This document shows positions 36,851 to 45,812 of a DNA stretch of 64,000 nt, piece by piece. The translations under genes and the position numbers were made by a program. Under the pieces are notes generated by a model that saw only the letters and a list, made by a program, of their open reading frames with translations, searched no databases and was not told where the DNA came from. How positions within the stretch are numbered: position 1 is the stretch's first letter; the number at the start of each line of letters is the position of its first letter. The DNA is from an uncultured Chloroflexia bacterium. GTDB taxonomy: Bacteria; Chloroflexota; Chloroflexia; QHBQ01; JADMIH01. The stretch covers positions 656,580 through 720,579 of the forward strand of contig CAWCNY010000004.1 of NCBI GenBank assembly GCA_963797095.1, written 5' to 3'.

Positions 36851-39800
36851 ATTACAGCCTGCGCCTGAGGCTCCACGTACCCGCGCCCTTCTTCCTCTTC
36901 TTGCTCTTCGCTGACAGCGCGCTCACCCTTGTTGAGCGGGCGCGTGGTGTAGTACTTTGCCTGGGGGTGGTGGGCCACCAGCGCCGCCGTTGACTGTTCC
37001 GGCACCAGCACGAACCCATCGGTCAGGCTGACGCCGATCTTGTCGGCGGGAAGCACCTGCAAGAGCTTCACCTGCTCGGATGGGTCGGGGCAGGCAGGAT
37101 AACCCCAAGAGTAGCGCCTCCCCTGTCCTTCCGGCAAACCAAGCTCGCGCCTGACCATTTTGTGCGTCCATTCCGCCAGGGCTTCCGCAAGCGCCACGCT
37201 CAGGCCGTAAATATAGTAGCCCTCTGAGTAATTGCCGTCGCGCTGCATCTGCTCGAACGCTTCGGTGGCGCGGTCGCCCATGGTCACGACCTGCAAAGGC
37301 AGCACATCCAGCTTGCCCGATTCCAGCGAAGCATAGTAGTCGGCAAGGCACAAATGCTCTCGGTCGGGCTGGCGAGGGAACATGAAGGCGATCTTAGATT
37401 TTAGATCTCGGATTTTGGATTGATCGAAACTTCCATGGTCCGGATCGTATACCAGCAGATCGTTGCCTTGCGATTGGCACGGGAAGTAGCCGTAAATCAC
37501 CTTGGGAGTAAGCAACTGCCTGGCCCGCATCTCGCGGCGCATGCGGTCGAGCCTGGGAAGTAACTCGTCCTCCACGGCGCGGTCGTACTCGGCCCCATGC
37601 AATTTGTGCGCGCCCCACGACAGCCTGAACAGCGATTTCAGGTCCAGGCAATCGAACACTTCATCTAGCGGGATATGTCGCTGGTCCAGGGTCTTGTAGC
37701 CCCAGAAAGGAGGTGTCGGGATCCGCACGTCCTGCGCGACATCGGAGCGGATGATCGGCGCAGCAGATTCGGTGCTGCTCTGCGTCGCGCCCTTGGCCTC
37801 GCGATCGTGAAGCAGGACCGCCTCTCGATGCTTGCGCTCGACAAACTTGATCCGCTCTTGTTCATCCGTAAGGGCTTCCATTGTATCGAGGCCCTCGAAG
37901 GCATCGCGGCAATAATAGACGCCCGGCGCGTAACGTTCGGCCACGGCATCATCCCCCACGAACCCGATGCGCGCTCCAAATGGCCTGTTGATCGCCGCAC
38001 CGCCCACCAGCACAGGATATTCCAGCCCGCGCTTGTAAAGCTCTTGCACGCACAGAGGCATCTGCTTGGAGGTGCTGACGAGCAGCGCGCTCAGGCCGAT
38101 GGCGGTAGCATCCACCTCCACGGCCTTGTCGATGATAACGTTCAACGGCACTTGCTTGCCAAGGTCGTACACGGTGTAGCCGTTATTGGTGAGGATCGTA
38201 TTGACCAGGCTTTTGCCTATGTCATGTACGTCGCCGAACACCGTGGCAAGCACCACCTTGCCTTTGGTGTAGCCTTCCTTCTTCTCAAAATACTGCTCAA
38301 GGTGAGCTACAGCCTTCTTCATTACCTCCGCCGATTGGAGGACGAAGGGCAAAATGAGCTCGCCCGCCCCGAATTTGTCTCCTACTTCCTTCATGGCGGG
38401 TAGCAGCACATTGTTGAGCACCCATATGGCGTCATGCGCTTGCACCGACTCGTCCAGCAGGGCCTCGATCCCATCCTTCTTGCGGTGCAATATCTGGTAA
38501 TGTATGCGCTGTTCGACGGTCATCCCGGCCAGTGCATCCTCTGTCGATTGGCGGTTATCGTCCACCGAGCGCTTATTTACCTCAAAGTAGGCGATGTACT
38601 CAGGCAGCGCGTTCGATTCGTTGTTGATCAGCCTGTCGGCCAGCCGCCGCTCGTTCTCATCGATCTCGGCGTAGGGTGTTATGTGCGCAGGATTCACAAT
38701 CGCGAGGTCCAGGCCCGCCTGCACCGCGTGGTGCAAGAAGACCGAGTTGAGCACAGCCCTTGGGTAGGGGTCTATGCCAAAGGACACGTTGCTGACACCC
38801 AGGATCGTAAGAGCGCCCGGAAGCTCCGCCTTCACGCGCCTGATACCTTCCAGCGTTTCTATGGCAGACCGCGCAAGGTCCTCCTGCCCTGTAGTCACCG
38901 GAAAGGTGAGCACATCGAAGATAAGCGCGCCCGGCTCCAGCCCGTACTCCTGGGTGGCGATATCGAATATCCGCTTACAGATCTCCACCTTGCGGTCGGC
39001 GGTGTGAGCCATGCCGATCTCGTCAATGGAGAGTGCCACCACTGCCGCGCCATGCTCAACGGCCAGAGGTAGCACAGCCTCTATCCTCTCGCGTCCGCGT
39101 TCCATGTTGATCGAGTTGATGATCGCCCTGCCGGGATACGCTTCCAGGGCCGCTTTGATAGACGAAGCTTCTGTGCTGTCGATCACCAGGGGCGCTTCCA
39201 CCGCCAGACTCAGCTTCTTAACCAGCTTGCGCATCTGGTCATCTTCGTCAACGCGCTCGGTGAGAGCGACCTGCACATCGAGTACATGCGCGCCGCCTTC
39301 CACCTGCTCGCGGCCTACCTGCACGATGGCGTCGTAATCGTCGGCCAGCAGCAGGCGCTTTACCTTGCGCGAACCCTGCGCGTTCACCCGCTCGCCCACG
39401 ATCATAGGAGCGGGTTCCTGTTGCAATGAAAACGCCCTCATGCCGCTTGAGACGCGTGGCACATAGTAGCTTGGACGCCCGGTCTGCCTTCTGCTGTGCC
39501 CAACAGCCTCAACGAAGGCTCGGATATGTTCGGGTCCGGTGCCGCAACAGCCACCCACCACGCTCACGCTGAACTCATTGACGAACTCATAGAGGTCACG
39601 CGCCATCGGCTCCGGCTCTTCGGGATAGACCGCCTGCCCGCCTACATTGATCGGCAACCCGGCGTTCGGGATGCACGACACCCACTTGGTGGCGTTCTCC
39701 CCCAGGAAGCGAACGGGCTCGCGCATATGCTCGGGCCCCGTCGAGCAATTGAGGCCGATCACCTGCGCTGGCAAGTATTGGAGGGTGGTGAGGGCTGCCA

Positions 39801-40443
39801 CGATATCGGTGCCCAGGAGCATCCTCCCGGACGTGTCGAGCGTGACCTGCGCCTGGATCGGCACCCAGCGTCCACTCTCTCTGAAGTATTCGTTCGCTCC
39901 GGCGATGGCTGCTTTCAGTTCGAGGATGTCCTGAGTGGTCTCGATAACAAGGAGGTCCACGCCGCCCTCAACGAGGGGCTTGGCCTGCTCGCTGTAGATA
40001 GCCTTCAGTTGTGCATAGGTGATATTCGAGAGGGTTGGGTCGTCGGCGGAAGGCAAGAATCCGGTCGGACCCATAGAGCCTGCTACATACCTGGGCCTGG
40101 AAGGAGAGGCGAAGCTATCGGCCACCCTACGCGCTAGTTGAGCCGCAGTGTAGTTCTGGTGGTACACCTCGCCGGGGATGCCATATTCACCAAGCTTGGG
40201 GCGCGTACTGCCGAAGGTGGCGGTCTCCAATACGTCAGCGCCAGCCTCCATGAATGAAGCGTGTATCTCCTCGATCACGCGTGGATTGGTCACGCACAGG
40301 TAATCGTTGCACCCCTCGAACTGGGCTCCCCCAAACTGCTCAGGCGTGAGGTTGTACTTCTGCACGGAAGTTCCCATCGCGCCATCGAAGATCAGCACGC
40401 GCTCTTTCAGGCTATCCAGGTATGATTTGTTGCTCATGGGCAA
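36847..40443 (-). CDS. metH: Cobalamin-dependent methionine synthase
   Basis: 1198 aa with Hcy-binding, pterin-binding, B12-binding and AdoMet-activation domains in order. Carries an in-frame SKIRDLKSKI insert from a heptamer array. Confidence 0.95.
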   Translation of the reverse strand: MPMSNKSYLDSLKERVLIFDGAMGTSVQKYNLTPEQFGGAQFEGCNDYLCVTNPRVIEEIHASFMEAGADVLETATFGSTRPKLGEYGIPGEVYHQNYTAAQLARRVADSFASPSRPRYVAGSMGPTGFLPSADDPTLSNITYAQLKAIYSEQAKPLVEGGVDLLVIETTQDILELKAAIAGANEYFRESGRWVPIQAQVTLDTSGRMLLGTDIVAALTTLQYLPAQVIGLNCSTGPEHMREPVRFLGENATKWVSCIPNAGLPINVGGQAVYPEEPEPMARDLYEFVNEFSVSVVGGCCGTGPEHIRAFVEAVGHSRRQTGRPSYYVPRVSSGMRAFSLQQEPAPMIVGERVNAQGSRKVKRLLLADDYDAIVQVGREQVEGGAHVLDVQVALTERVDEDDQMRKLVKKLSLAVEAPLVIDSTEASSIKAALEAYPGRAIINSINMERGRERIEAVLPLAVEHGAAVVALSIDEIGMAHTADRKVEICKRIFDIATQEYGLEPGALIFDVLTFPVTTGQEDLARSAIETLEGIRRVKAELPGALTILGVSNVSFGIDPYPRAVLNSVFLHHAVQAGLDLAIVNPAHITPYAEIDENERRLADRLINNESNALPEYIAYFEVNKRSVDDNRQSTEDALAGMTVEQRIHYQILHRKKDGIEALLDESVQAHDAIWVLNNVLLPAMKEVGDKFGAGELILPFVLQSAEVMKKAVAHLEQYFEKKEGYTKGKVVLATVFGDVHDIGKSLVNTILTNNGYTVYDLGKQVPLNVIIDKAVEVDATAIGLSALLVSTSKQMPLCVQELYKRGLEYPVLVGGAAINRPFGARIGFVGDDAVAERYAPGVYYCRDAFEGLDTMEALTDEQERIKFVERKHREAVLLHDREAKGATQSSTESAAPIIRSDVAQDVRIPTPPFWGYKTLDQRHIPLDEVFDCLDLKSLFRLSWGAHKLHGAEYDRAVEDELLPRLDRMRREMRARQLLTPKVIYGYFPCQSQGNDLLVYDPDHGSFDQSKIRDLKSKIAFMFPRQPDREHLCLADYYASLESGKLDVLPLQVVTMGDRATEAFEQMQRDGNYSEGYYIYGLSVALAEALAEWTHKMVRRELGLPEGQGRRYSWGYPACPDPSEQVKLLQVLPADKIGVSLTDGFVLVPEQSTAALVAHHPQAKYYTTRPLNKGERAVSEEQEEEEGRGYVEPQAQAVI
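37391..37427. repeat. Heptamer array (gat[ct]tt[ag])x5, in-frame inside metH
   Basis: gatctta gatttta gatctcg gattttg gattgat. Confidence 0.8.
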
Positions 40444-40508
40444 TACCCTCTTAACTTGATACTTTACTATTGCGTACTTCGTTAGTGTTCATTCGGCGTC
40501 CTACAACA

Positions 40509-40650
40509 AAAAACCTCTCACAGGGAGAGGTACGTCTCTTGCCGCGAACGGCCTAATCCTTCCCCGTTGGGGCTGGGTGTGGCACCGCGCTTCGCCGGTT
40601 GCCGGGTAGGTCTACGAGCCAGTTCTCTCACTACCACTCTCGATTTCTGT
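40509..40650 (-). promoter_or_regulatory. SAM-I (S-box) riboswitch with terminator expression platform, in the metH leader
   Basis: Minus strand reads AUCGAGAGUGGUAGUGAGAGAACUGGCUCGUAGACCUACCCGGCAACC...GGUGCCACACCCAGCC...GGGGAAGGAUUAGGCC. This matches the S-box core (AUCAAGAGnGGnGGAGGGAcUGGCCCgaUGAAACCCGGCAACC...GGUGCCAAUUCC). It is followed by ccucucccugugagagg plus U6 at 40509-40531. Confidence 0.75.
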
Positions 40651-40668
40651 TCAGTTGTACTGTGTCCA

Positions 40669-40697
40669 GTTTACAGGAGAGGCAAGAACCTGTCAAG
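40669..40697 (-). promoter_or_regulatory. Sigma70-like promoter candidate for the SAM riboswitch and metH
   Basis: Minus strand TTGACA(40692-40697) - 17 nt - TAAACT(40669-40674). The -35 lies 5 bp from the IS target-site duplication. Confidence 0.4.
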
Positions 40698-40706
40698 ATA
40701 TGAGAT

Positions 40707-42198
40707 CTGACATCCGGTCATAAATAGCAGAGGGTATTAAGATGGGCTAGAATCGAGCATCCTAAAGTGAGGGGGTTTGTATGTCAGCCGCTCAATCAGT
40801 GTTGCTTGATGAGTACGTTGCTCAGTTCTCTACTCTGTTCGGGGACAAGCGCAGTCGGGCTACGTTTGAGGCTATCATTAGCGGCATCCTGGCAGCGGGC
40901 AGCCTTGTGTGTTCTCGGATCGCTGCTGTGGCTCCACTGCTGTCAGGAGTAGGTGACGGAGCACAAAGGGTGCTGCGCTTTGCCGAGGGAGAGAGCACTC
41001 GGCGTTCCTCAGTAACAGCTTCACGCCTGGTAGAGAAACTGGCCGAACGGGGTGTGGCTCAACTAGGGGAAACCCCCTCGGCACTGACGTGTGGCTGGTG
41101 CTGGATGGGTCGGACCTGCGCAAACCTCACGCCAAACAGATGCCCAATCTGATGCGAGTACGCAGTCTGCAAGGCACAATGGTAAACGGCTACCGCACAC
41201 TCAACGTGCTGGCTGTTACCCCGCAGCAACGCGCCTTGCTGTACCATCGCCTCTACTCAAGCAAGGAGAAAGACCACCTCTCAGAGTCACACGAGGTACA
41301 GAGTGCTCTCAAAGAGGTGGGTACGGCGCTGAAGTCCATCCAAGCGGAGCACCCGGTCACATGGATTATGGACAGTGGCTCTGATAACGTGGCGGTGTGG
41401 CGCACCATATGGGAGAGGGAGCAACACGTTTTGTGTAGGGTTCAACATATGGATCGGCTTGTCCAATACCAATACCGAACCTCCTTATCAGGCCAATGGG
41501 GTCAGGGCCATCTTGAGGAGGCTGGGGCTCACCTGAGTAAGGCAGGCACTGTGCAAACAAGCATGGTAGTACGCCTGAAGGGGCAGCGGTACGAGAAGCG
41601 CCAAAGTGTGACGGTGGAGTTGAGCAGTTGCCAGGTTCTGGTAAGCTACGAACCTGACATACGACGGGTGGGACCAAGGAAAGGGGTAGGTGAGAAAGTC
41701 ACACACGCACTGTGGCTGCTGAGAGTAGAGATACGCGACAGCCAGATGCAACCATGGTACTTGCTGACCGACTGGGCGTGCAACACTGCACAACAAGCAG
41801 CACGCATCTTCCAAATGTATAGGCAGAGGTGGAGTGTGGAGGAAGCCTTCCAATTCCTCAAGACATGTGTTGGTTGGGAAGAGGTGCAGGTACTCGACTT
41901 GGAGGGGATACGCACGCTGGTGGCGCTGGGGTGGGTAGCAGCAGGCTTTCTTTATGAGATAGATGGCGGATGGGAATGGGTAGACGTGGAGTTGTTGGCA
42001 AAGTTGGGTGGATACGTGCCGCACAAGGGGCGCAAGCCAGGGAAGAAGATACTCCTGTGGGGGCTACAACGGGTGCAAGACTACATGGTTACTGAGGCTA
42101 TCCTACGTCAGCATAAGGCTGCCACTGGCTCTATCCCTCCTGGTATCGCTGCCCTGCTTGGCAAAGAGGTCGTCGATAAGTTATGACCGGATGTCAGA
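40707..42198 (+). mobile_element. IS4/IS701-superfamily insertion sequence (about 1.49 kb) with 18-bp terminal inverted repeats and a 5-bp TSD
   Basis: IRL tctgacatccggtcataa (40707-40724) and IRR ttatgaccggatgtcaga (42181-42198). Flanking direct repeat TGAGA at 40702-40706 and 42199-42203. Confidence 0.7.
40781..42186 (+). pseudogene. IS4-superfamily DDE transposase split into two overlapping ORFs by a frameshift
   Basis: ORFs 40781..41152 and 41089..42186 lie in different frames. The -1 shift maps to a C5 run at 41073-41077. The C-terminal ORF carries the Y-x2-R-x3-E-x6-K signature (YRQRWSVEEAFQFLK). Confidence 0.65.
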
Positions 42199-42286
42199 TG
42201 AGATCTGAGCGCTGTGCAGGGCTGAGGTTCCTGCCCTTAGGCTAACTTGCCCTCGGCTGAGCAGCATGTAGGACCTAACAAGCTAA

Positions 42287-42901
42287 CTAGGACATTATCT
42301 CATCGATACCAATTGATGCATCAACTGCTCCCGGTACAGATAGAAACTCACCCTTACCTACCCGCCGGGTATTTGCGTAATCTCCATTTTGCAGGTTGGT
42401 GTACACTTCGACAGTGCCTCGCCTGAGATTGATTATCCAATATTCCGGAATTTCTGACTCCGCATAGAGAGCACGCTTCATTTCTGACTCCTCATAGAGA
42501 GCACGCTTCTTTGTTCTATCATGCTGGAGTGACGTGTCAGAAACTTCAATAGCCAGCAAAACATCTTTAGCTACGGGCGGCGTTGATCGGGAATAATTAT
42601 CGGGTAAACGTAGTAGAGCAACGTCAGGCTGAGGTTGAGAGTCGCTTTCAGGTAGATCGATTGAGTTGCCTTGAGGCCAAATGAGCACGAAATCACCCGC
42701 TCTTCGCTCAAGCAACTTTATTAGGCGAGCAACAATACGTTGATGATCGTAACTGGGCGGCGGCATCTCGAGAATTTCCCCTCTTATGAGTTCCAGGCGA
42801 GTATTATCCTCAAAGACGCCAGCCTCCACCATCCGCTCGAACTCTTCAAGGCTGATGTGGTGTCGTTTTGGTTGGGTGGTTTGTTTGAGCGCAACTGCCA
42901 T
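42287..42901 (-). CDS. Uma2 family (DUF820) PD-(D/E)xK putative endonuclease
   Basis: Conserved Uma2 blocks (LIRGEILEMPPPSYDHQRIV, DVLLAIEVSDTS, EIPEYWIINL). Contains a 30-bp in-frame tandem duplication. The longest ORF extends to 42979. Confidence 0.65.
   Translation of the reverse strand: MAVALKQTTQPKRHHISLEEFERMVEAGVFEDNTRLELIRGEILEMPPPSYDHQRIVARLIKLLERRAGDFVLIWPQGNSIDLPESDSQPQPDVALLRLPDNYSRSTPPVAKDVLLAIEVSDTSLQHDRTKKRALYEESEMKRALYAESEIPEYWIINLRRGTVEVYTNLQNGDYANTRRVGKGEFLSVPGAVDASIGIDEIMS
42451..42510. repeat. 30-bp tandem duplication (tttctgactccgcatagagagcacgcttca x2, 3 mismatches) inside the Uma2 CDS
   Basis: Direct read. Encodes the duplicated decapeptide (K)RALYEESEM / KRALYAESEI. 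Confidence 0.8.
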
Positions 42902-42969
42902 GTTTCGGCCGGTACTTTCGTGATTCTCCTGATCGGATGTGTTGAATAATACGTGTTCATGATAGCGCA

Positions 42970-43791
42970 CTACTGCCACCCGGTCAATATCTCCTCGCGC
43001 CTGAACAAGCGCACACTTACCACGAGCAGCATAAGGTCGACTACCCCCGCGACCACAGCGATCCCGACCACGATTCCTATACCAACATGTACGGCCCCCG
43101 ACACCTGGGCTATCAGCATCCCTATAACGGGCAGGATCACAAGCGATCCCAGCTGTTGCGCGCTGTTGGGGTCCTTCACCCTCGAAGAGATAAGCACGCC
43201 AAGCCCCACAGCCAGAAAAGTGAAGATCGGTGTGAGCAACACAATAGCCAGCAGCCAGGTCGGACTCATGATCAGGCCGGAAAATACCTCATTGGTGGTT
43301 ACGAAGCGGGCCACCAGCGCGAACACTGCGAAGCCCCACCACGTGGAGAGTATGCCTGGAATGGCCGCCGAAAAACCTTTGGCCGCCAGTAGCTCCCATG
43401 TCTTGATAGGTGTCGCCAGCAGCGGCTCTAGCGTGCGTAATTGCTTCTCACCCACGATAGAGTAGCTGGCAATCGTGATAGGAACAACCAGAGGGATCAC
43501 CTGGAACAGCACAAGGAATGGGCTGAGCAGAGTTACCCTGAGGTTATCTGCCCCGCTAAACAGGAAGCCATCCATGGATTGCATCTGTGTTAGCGTATCG
43601 GTCGCGCCTTTCAGCGAGGTGTTGTCTACTGTCAGGAAAGATGACAGGGCGAGCACCGCCACCGCCAATGCGACCAGCAGGAACGTGGGCACAAGCGTGG
43701 TAAAGACAACCACTCTATTGCGAATCAATTGCGCCCATTCGTTCTCAATCACAGCGATGATGCGCATGTTCAAAAGGCTACTGGCTTTCAC
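42970..43791 (-). CDS. ABC-2 type transporter permease
   Basis: Six TM helices with ABC2_membrane topology. Start overlaps the ATPase stop. Confidence 0.8.
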   Translation of the reverse strand: MKASSLLNMRIIAVIENEWAQLIRNRVVVFTTLVPTFLLVALAVAVLALSSFLTVDNTSLKGATDTLTQMQSMDGFLFSGADNLRVTLLSPFLVLFQVIPLVVPITIASYSIVGEKQLRTLEPLLATPIKTWELLAAKGFSAAIPGILSTWWGFAVFALVARFVTTNEVFSGLIMSPTWLLAIVLLTPIFTFLAVGLGVLISSRVKDPNSAQQLGSLVILPVIGMLIAQVSGAVHVGIGIVVGIAVVAGVVDLMLLVVSVRLFRREEILTGWQ

Positions 43792-44885
43792 GCGCTCTTT
43801 ACTCCGTCCATACTATCTGCGCTCCCATTTCTACTTCGCTTCGTGTGCATGCGCGCGACCTCAATGGCTGCCTCCGCCTCAAGCAACTCCTGTCTTGCCA
43901 CCAGGTCCAGGTAGGCGCGCTCCAGAGTATGCTCAACCTCGGCCACCCTGGTGATGTCAACTCCATGCTGCACCAGTGCCCTTACGATCTGCGGGGTATG
44001 CTCGTCGGGGTCAAGCATAGAGACCAGCAAATGAGTGCCAGCCACTCCAACATCGCCCACACCCTGCATCTTCGATACAAGCACCGCAAGATCGTTCATT
44101 GTATGCCCGAACCGTTCGTCAAGATGGGCGTGCGCGCCCATCTCAAGCATGGGATTGGCGATCCTTATCTCAATTTGCCTGCCATAGAGCGCCCGCTGCA
44201 GTTCGCGCGGCGTGCCGACCTTGATCAGCGTGCGCTTGACTATGCCCACACGCCCGCATAGACTCCCCGCTTCGTACAGATTGTGTGTGCACAGGATGAT
44301 AGTGCGCCCTTCGTCCTGTAACGAAACTATCGCATCGCGCACCAGTTTTGCGCCCTCCGGGTCCAACGCTGATGTAGGCTCATCGAGGATCACCACAGGC
44401 GGCTCGTGCAATAGCGACCGCGCCAAACTCAGCTTCTGCTTCATGCCGCGAGAGAAAGTGCCTGCCGCGTCGTTTCGCCTCTCCCACAGCCCGAACAGTT
44501 TGAGGTAGTGCTCGATCTGTTGCCGTGCCCGGTCCGCCTCCAGGTAGTAAAGTTTGGCGAAGAACTCGAGGTTGCGCTTGGCCGACAGGTTATCGTAGAG
44601 GCCCGCCGGCTCGGTCAGGATGCCCACCCTGCGGCGCACCTCATCAGGACGCGCCACTACATCAAACCCACAAACGGTCGCGTGCCCCTCGGTGGGCGCG
44701 ATCAGGCTCGATAGCATCCTCATGATGGTGGTCTTGCCCGCGCCATTGGGACCAAGCAGACCGAACACCTCACCCGGCTCTATGCCCAGATTGAGGCCCT
44801 GCACTGCCCAGCGTTCACCAAACTTGCGGCCAAGCCCATTTGCTGTGATTGCGTACACAGGTTGGCTCTTCCGAGGGATCGACAA
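43788..44885 (-). CDS. ABC transporter ATP-binding protein (ABC-2 partner) with a C-terminal extension
   Basis: Walker A GPNGAGKTT, LSRGMKQKLSLA signature and Walker B VILDEPTSALD. Confidence 0.85.
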   Translation of the reverse strand: MSIPRKSQPVYAITANGLGRKFGERWAVQGLNLGIEPGEVFGLLGPNGAGKTTIMRMLSSLIAPTEGHATVCGFDVVARPDEVRRRVGILTEPAGLYDNLSAKRNLEFFAKLYYLEADRARQQIEHYLKLFGLWERRNDAAGTFSRGMKQKLSLARSLLHEPPVVILDEPTSALDPEGAKLVRDAIVSLQDEGRTIILCTHNLYEAGSLCGRVGIVKRTLIKVGTPRELQRALYGRQIEIRIANPMLEMGAHAHLDERFGHTMNDLAVLVSKMQGVGDVGVAGTHLLVSMLDPDEHTPQIVRALVQHGVDITRVAEVEHTLERAYLDLVARQELLEAEAAIEVARMHTKRSRNGSADSMDGVKSA

Positions 44886-45376
44886 CGGACGAAAGACTAA
44901 AGGCCTGGTATTTTGAATACATCGCCCTTCGTCCTTCGCCTATCTCTTGCTTACTGAAACATCGCTTCCCACATCTTATCAGGTGCGCGGCGTATCAGTC
45001 AACGCCTCAAGAGGTATTTCAAGGGTACTTACCGGGCAGTATAAGTACCACTCTTGGATGGGTAAGCTCTCAGATTAAGGGTGGGAGGGCTGGGAGAGGA
45101 GGGCCAAGCACTGGTCAAAGGGGTTGAGACCCTTAGCTCGCCAGGTGCCGAACAGGGTAGCCAACGTCATCCGGGTGGCTGATCCCTTGGGCGATTGACT
45201 ACCACCTGATACCTTGCGCATCACCACCACAGGACGGATTGACCGTTCCGCCAGGTTGTTGTCAGAGGATAAGGTGGGCACTATCACGAACTGGAATAAC
45301 TCCTCCTGGTGGCGCAGCAGTCTCTTGCACAAGGTGTGGCATGGGTGCTTGCTCTTTGGGGGCCGTTACCGTTCTT

Positions 45377-45412
45377 GCCCCCGCCCCCGCCCCCGCCCCC
45401 GCCCCCGCCCCT
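45377..45412. repeat. Hexamer microsatellite (ccccgc)x6
   Basis: Direct read. Encodes poly-Gly on the minus strand, at the frame break of the IS66 transposase. Confidence 0.85.
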
Positions 45413-45651
45413 GCCCTGTGGCCCTTGTTTGCCCCCGCCCTGTGGCCCGAACTCCTTGGCATCGGCATACTGCGCACCTAGCTTGGCAACCCCTTCCACC
45501 AACCGCCGGTACTCTCTTACACGCTGCTCCCACTTGTGTGGCTCTTTTGTGGCTTCGTCTGCAGTGGGAGGGCCAAGTTCGTGTTCTTCCAACAGCTTAT
45601 GGGCATCATCGTACAGTGCTCGCACTCCCCTGGCCCATTCATGCACTTCCT

Positions 45652-45812
45652 CGTTAGTGGGGTTAGTGGGGTTGGTAGGGTTGGTAGGGTTGGTAGGGTT
45701 GGTAGGGTTGGTAGGGTTGGTAGGGTTGGTAGGGTTGGTAGGGTTGGTAGGGTTGGTAGGGTTGGTAGGGTTGGTAGGGTTGGTAGGGTTGGTAGGGTTG
45801 ATGGGGTGCTCC
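45652..45812. repeat. 9-bp tandem repeat (gggttggta)x about 17, encoding (PTN)n in-frame in the IS66 transposase
   Basis: Direct read. The translation shows PINPTNPTN...PTN. Confidence 0.9.

Noticed and set aside
40444-40660. Cobalamin riboswitch upstream of metH.
   Set aside because: There is no B12-box (GCCACUG). The leader instead matches the SAM-I core.
41050-41160. Programmed -1 ribosomal frameshift in the IS4-like transposase.
   Set aside because: There is no A-rich slippery heptamer or downstream pseudoknot. The frame change coincides with a C5 homopolymer, and IS4/IS701 transposases are normally single-ORF.
45652-45812. The regularly spaced 9-bp repeat array looked superficially like a mini-CRISPR.
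   Set aside because: The unit is 9 bp with no spacers. It is in-frame inside a transposase and encodes (PTN)n. There are no cas genes.
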